From: an uncultured Bordetella sp.
GTDB taxonomy: Bacteria > Pseudomonadota > Gammaproteobacteria > Burkholderiales > Burkholderiaceae_C
Assembly: GCA_964442645.1 (NCBI GenBank)
Contig: CAYTZZ010000010.1
Span: forward strand, 12,638-76,637
Direction: 5' to 3'
Length of the DNA: 64,000 nt
The notes under the pieces were generated by a model. The model saw nothing but the letters and a program-made list of their open reading frames with translations, ran no database searches and was not told where the DNA came from. This document shows, in pieces, positions 62,703 through 64,000 of the stretch (its first letter is position 1; each line of letters starts with the position of its first letter). The position numbers and the translations under genes were made by a program.

Positions 62703-63464
62703 TCAGTGCGAGACAAAGTCCGCAGGCGGAGGCGGTTTATGGAAGAAGCGCACACGCTTGAGCCACAAGGCCAGCGCGTGCAGGTGAATGCGAAACACAA
62801 CGCCCCAGGTCAACAGGGGGTAGCGCCAAAAGGCGCGCATCAATTGACCGCGCGTGAGAGGCACCAAGCTGCCACTGACACTGGTTTGAATCAAAGGCCC
62901 AGAGGCGTCGTCGTGGTCAATGCGCGCCACCGTGCGCGGGTGCCCGCCCTCGGTGCGCATGAAACGAAAACGGTATTGACCCTGCACATCGCAAAAGGGC
63001 GAGACATGAAACACCTTGGGCGCCAGCAACTCTCGCCCGTAAGCGGGTTGGTTCAGCAAATAACAGTGCCGCTCGCCAAAGGTGTTGTTCACTTCCACCA
63101 GAATGGCGCGCAGGCTGCCATCCTCGCGATGGCAGTACCAAAAGCTGACGGGCTTGAAGGTGTGGCCCAGCACCCTGGGGAAACAATGCAACCAGACCTC
63201 GCCGCGAGCGTCGGTGATGCCCTCGCGTTGCAAAAGCTCGTCCAGCCAAGCCAGCGCGCCGCCCTGGTCCGCCCCCCGGCCATCGCCATGGTCCGCATCG
63301 TGAAACGAAATCAAGCCGCGCCGGTTCACGGGCAAGGCACCACCGCCCTCGCGCAACATTTGCCGCATCGGCAACATCAAGAAGTAGGTGGCATAGGCAA
63401 ATGCATGGCGCGCAGGGCGCACGCGCGTGTGCCGAACCTGACCAAAACCGATCAGCGCACTCAT
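62703..63464 (-). CDS. DUF1365 family protein
   Basis: VRHTR.RPARHAF.Y, PRVLGHTFKPVSFWYC, EVNNTFGERH.Y, KVFHVSPF, IHLHAL.LW.K. ATG overlaps the upstream stop. Confidence 0.88.
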   Translation of the reverse strand: MSALIGFGQVRHTRVRPARHAFAYATYFLMLPMRQMLREGGGALPVNRRGLISFHDADHGDGRGADQGGALAWLDELLQREGITDARGEVWLHCFPRVLGHTFKPVSFWYCHREDGSLRAILVEVNNTFGERHCYLLNQPAYGRELLAPKVFHVSPFCDVQGQYRFRFMRTEGGHPRTVARIDHDDASGPLIQTSVSGSLVPLTRGQLMRAFWRYPLLTWGVVFRIHLHALALWLKRVRFFHKPPPPADFVSH

Positions 63465-64000
63465 GCCGCTTCGGCCTCCCGCACCTTCAGCGAAGCCAGC
63501 AAGGCCTGGGCCGCAGCGCGGCCGGCTTTCAAGCCGTCTTCGTGAAAGCCATAACCCATCCAGGCGCCGGCATACCAAGTGGCTTGGCGCCCTTGGATGT
63601 CAGGCATGCGGGTCTGGGCCCGCATAGCGGCCAGGTCAAACACGGGGTGCGCGTAATCGTACTGGCCCAGCACTTTTTGCGGGTCAATCTCGCGGATCGG
63701 ATTCAGGGAGACCAAGACGGGCTGGGCAAACGGCAAGGGCTGCAAACGGTTCAACCAATAGTGCAGGCAAACCCGCTGTGCATCCTCTTCGGGGCCAGCG
63801 CGCTCGTAATTCCATGCCGCCCAGGCCAGCTCCTTTTGCGGCATCACGCGCTCGTCCGTGTGCAACACGGCCAAGTTGCTCTGGTAGCGCACCGCGCCCA
63901 GAATTTGCTGCTCCGCCGCCGTGGGCTGCGCCAACATCTTCAAAGACTGGTCGGAATGCGTGGCCAAAATGACATGGTCAAAGCGCTCGGCGCCTTGGCG
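63461..64000 (-). CDS. FAD-dependent oxidoreductase (amine-oxidase family), C-terminal part only
   Basis: ATHSDQ, YQSN.AVLHTD...MP....WAAWNY, YWLNRLQP, YAHPVF, WYAGAWMGYGFHEDGL. Runs off the window edge. Confidence 0.88.
   Translation of the reverse strand, partial: RQGAERFDHVILATHSDQSLKMLAQPTAAEQQILGAVRYQSNLAVLHTDERVMPQKELAWAAWNYERAGPEEDAQRVCLHYWLNRLQPLPFAQPVLVSLNPIREIDPQKVLGQYDYAHPVFDLAAMRAQTRMPDIQGRQATWYAGAWMGYGFHEDGLKAGRAAAQALLASLKVREAEAA

Overview
A compact, GC-rich bacterial chromosomal segment of about 66 protein-coding genes, mostly housekeeping. Gene content and order suggest Burkholderiales, probably Comamonadaceae (inference from: GshA of the betaproteobacterial type, TopB with a C-terminal SWIB domain next to a SET gene, sucCD-terC-pilA-pglL, the RecA N-terminal extension, and a CTGT-N8-ACAG SOS box). 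I found no rRNA, tRNA, CRISPR array, transposase, integrase or prophage. Main blocks in order: amn-nodIJ-like ABC-TDT transporter-glcB; gshA-kup-gshB; dapB-leuS-lptE-holA-proA; bamE/fur; hpf-ptsN-hprK; corA; pntAB; a NicX-like dioxygenase/hydrolase/Mo-hydroxylase cluster; topB-SWIB divergent from SET-birA; a split Fe3+-type ABC pair; a TctDE-like two-component system; recA-recX; argC/sucCD; pilA-pglL; moaC/bepA; purB; and the 3' part of a cfa-like/DUF1365/FAD-oxidoreductase lipid-modification operon. Four observations deserve the most attention. (1) The topB-SWIB/SET locus: the topoisomerase has a histone-like Lys/Ala tail, and the shared promoter contains a perfect 29-bp alternating pyrimidine-purine (Z-DNA-prone) tract. 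(2) A corA leader with a Pro-rich uORF and mutually exclusive RNA stems, a candidate Mg2+-sensing attenuator. (3) An orphan NicX-like N-heterocycle catabolic cluster. (4) A possible furan/modified fatty-acid operon. All family assignments come from motif recognition by eye; no database search was run.
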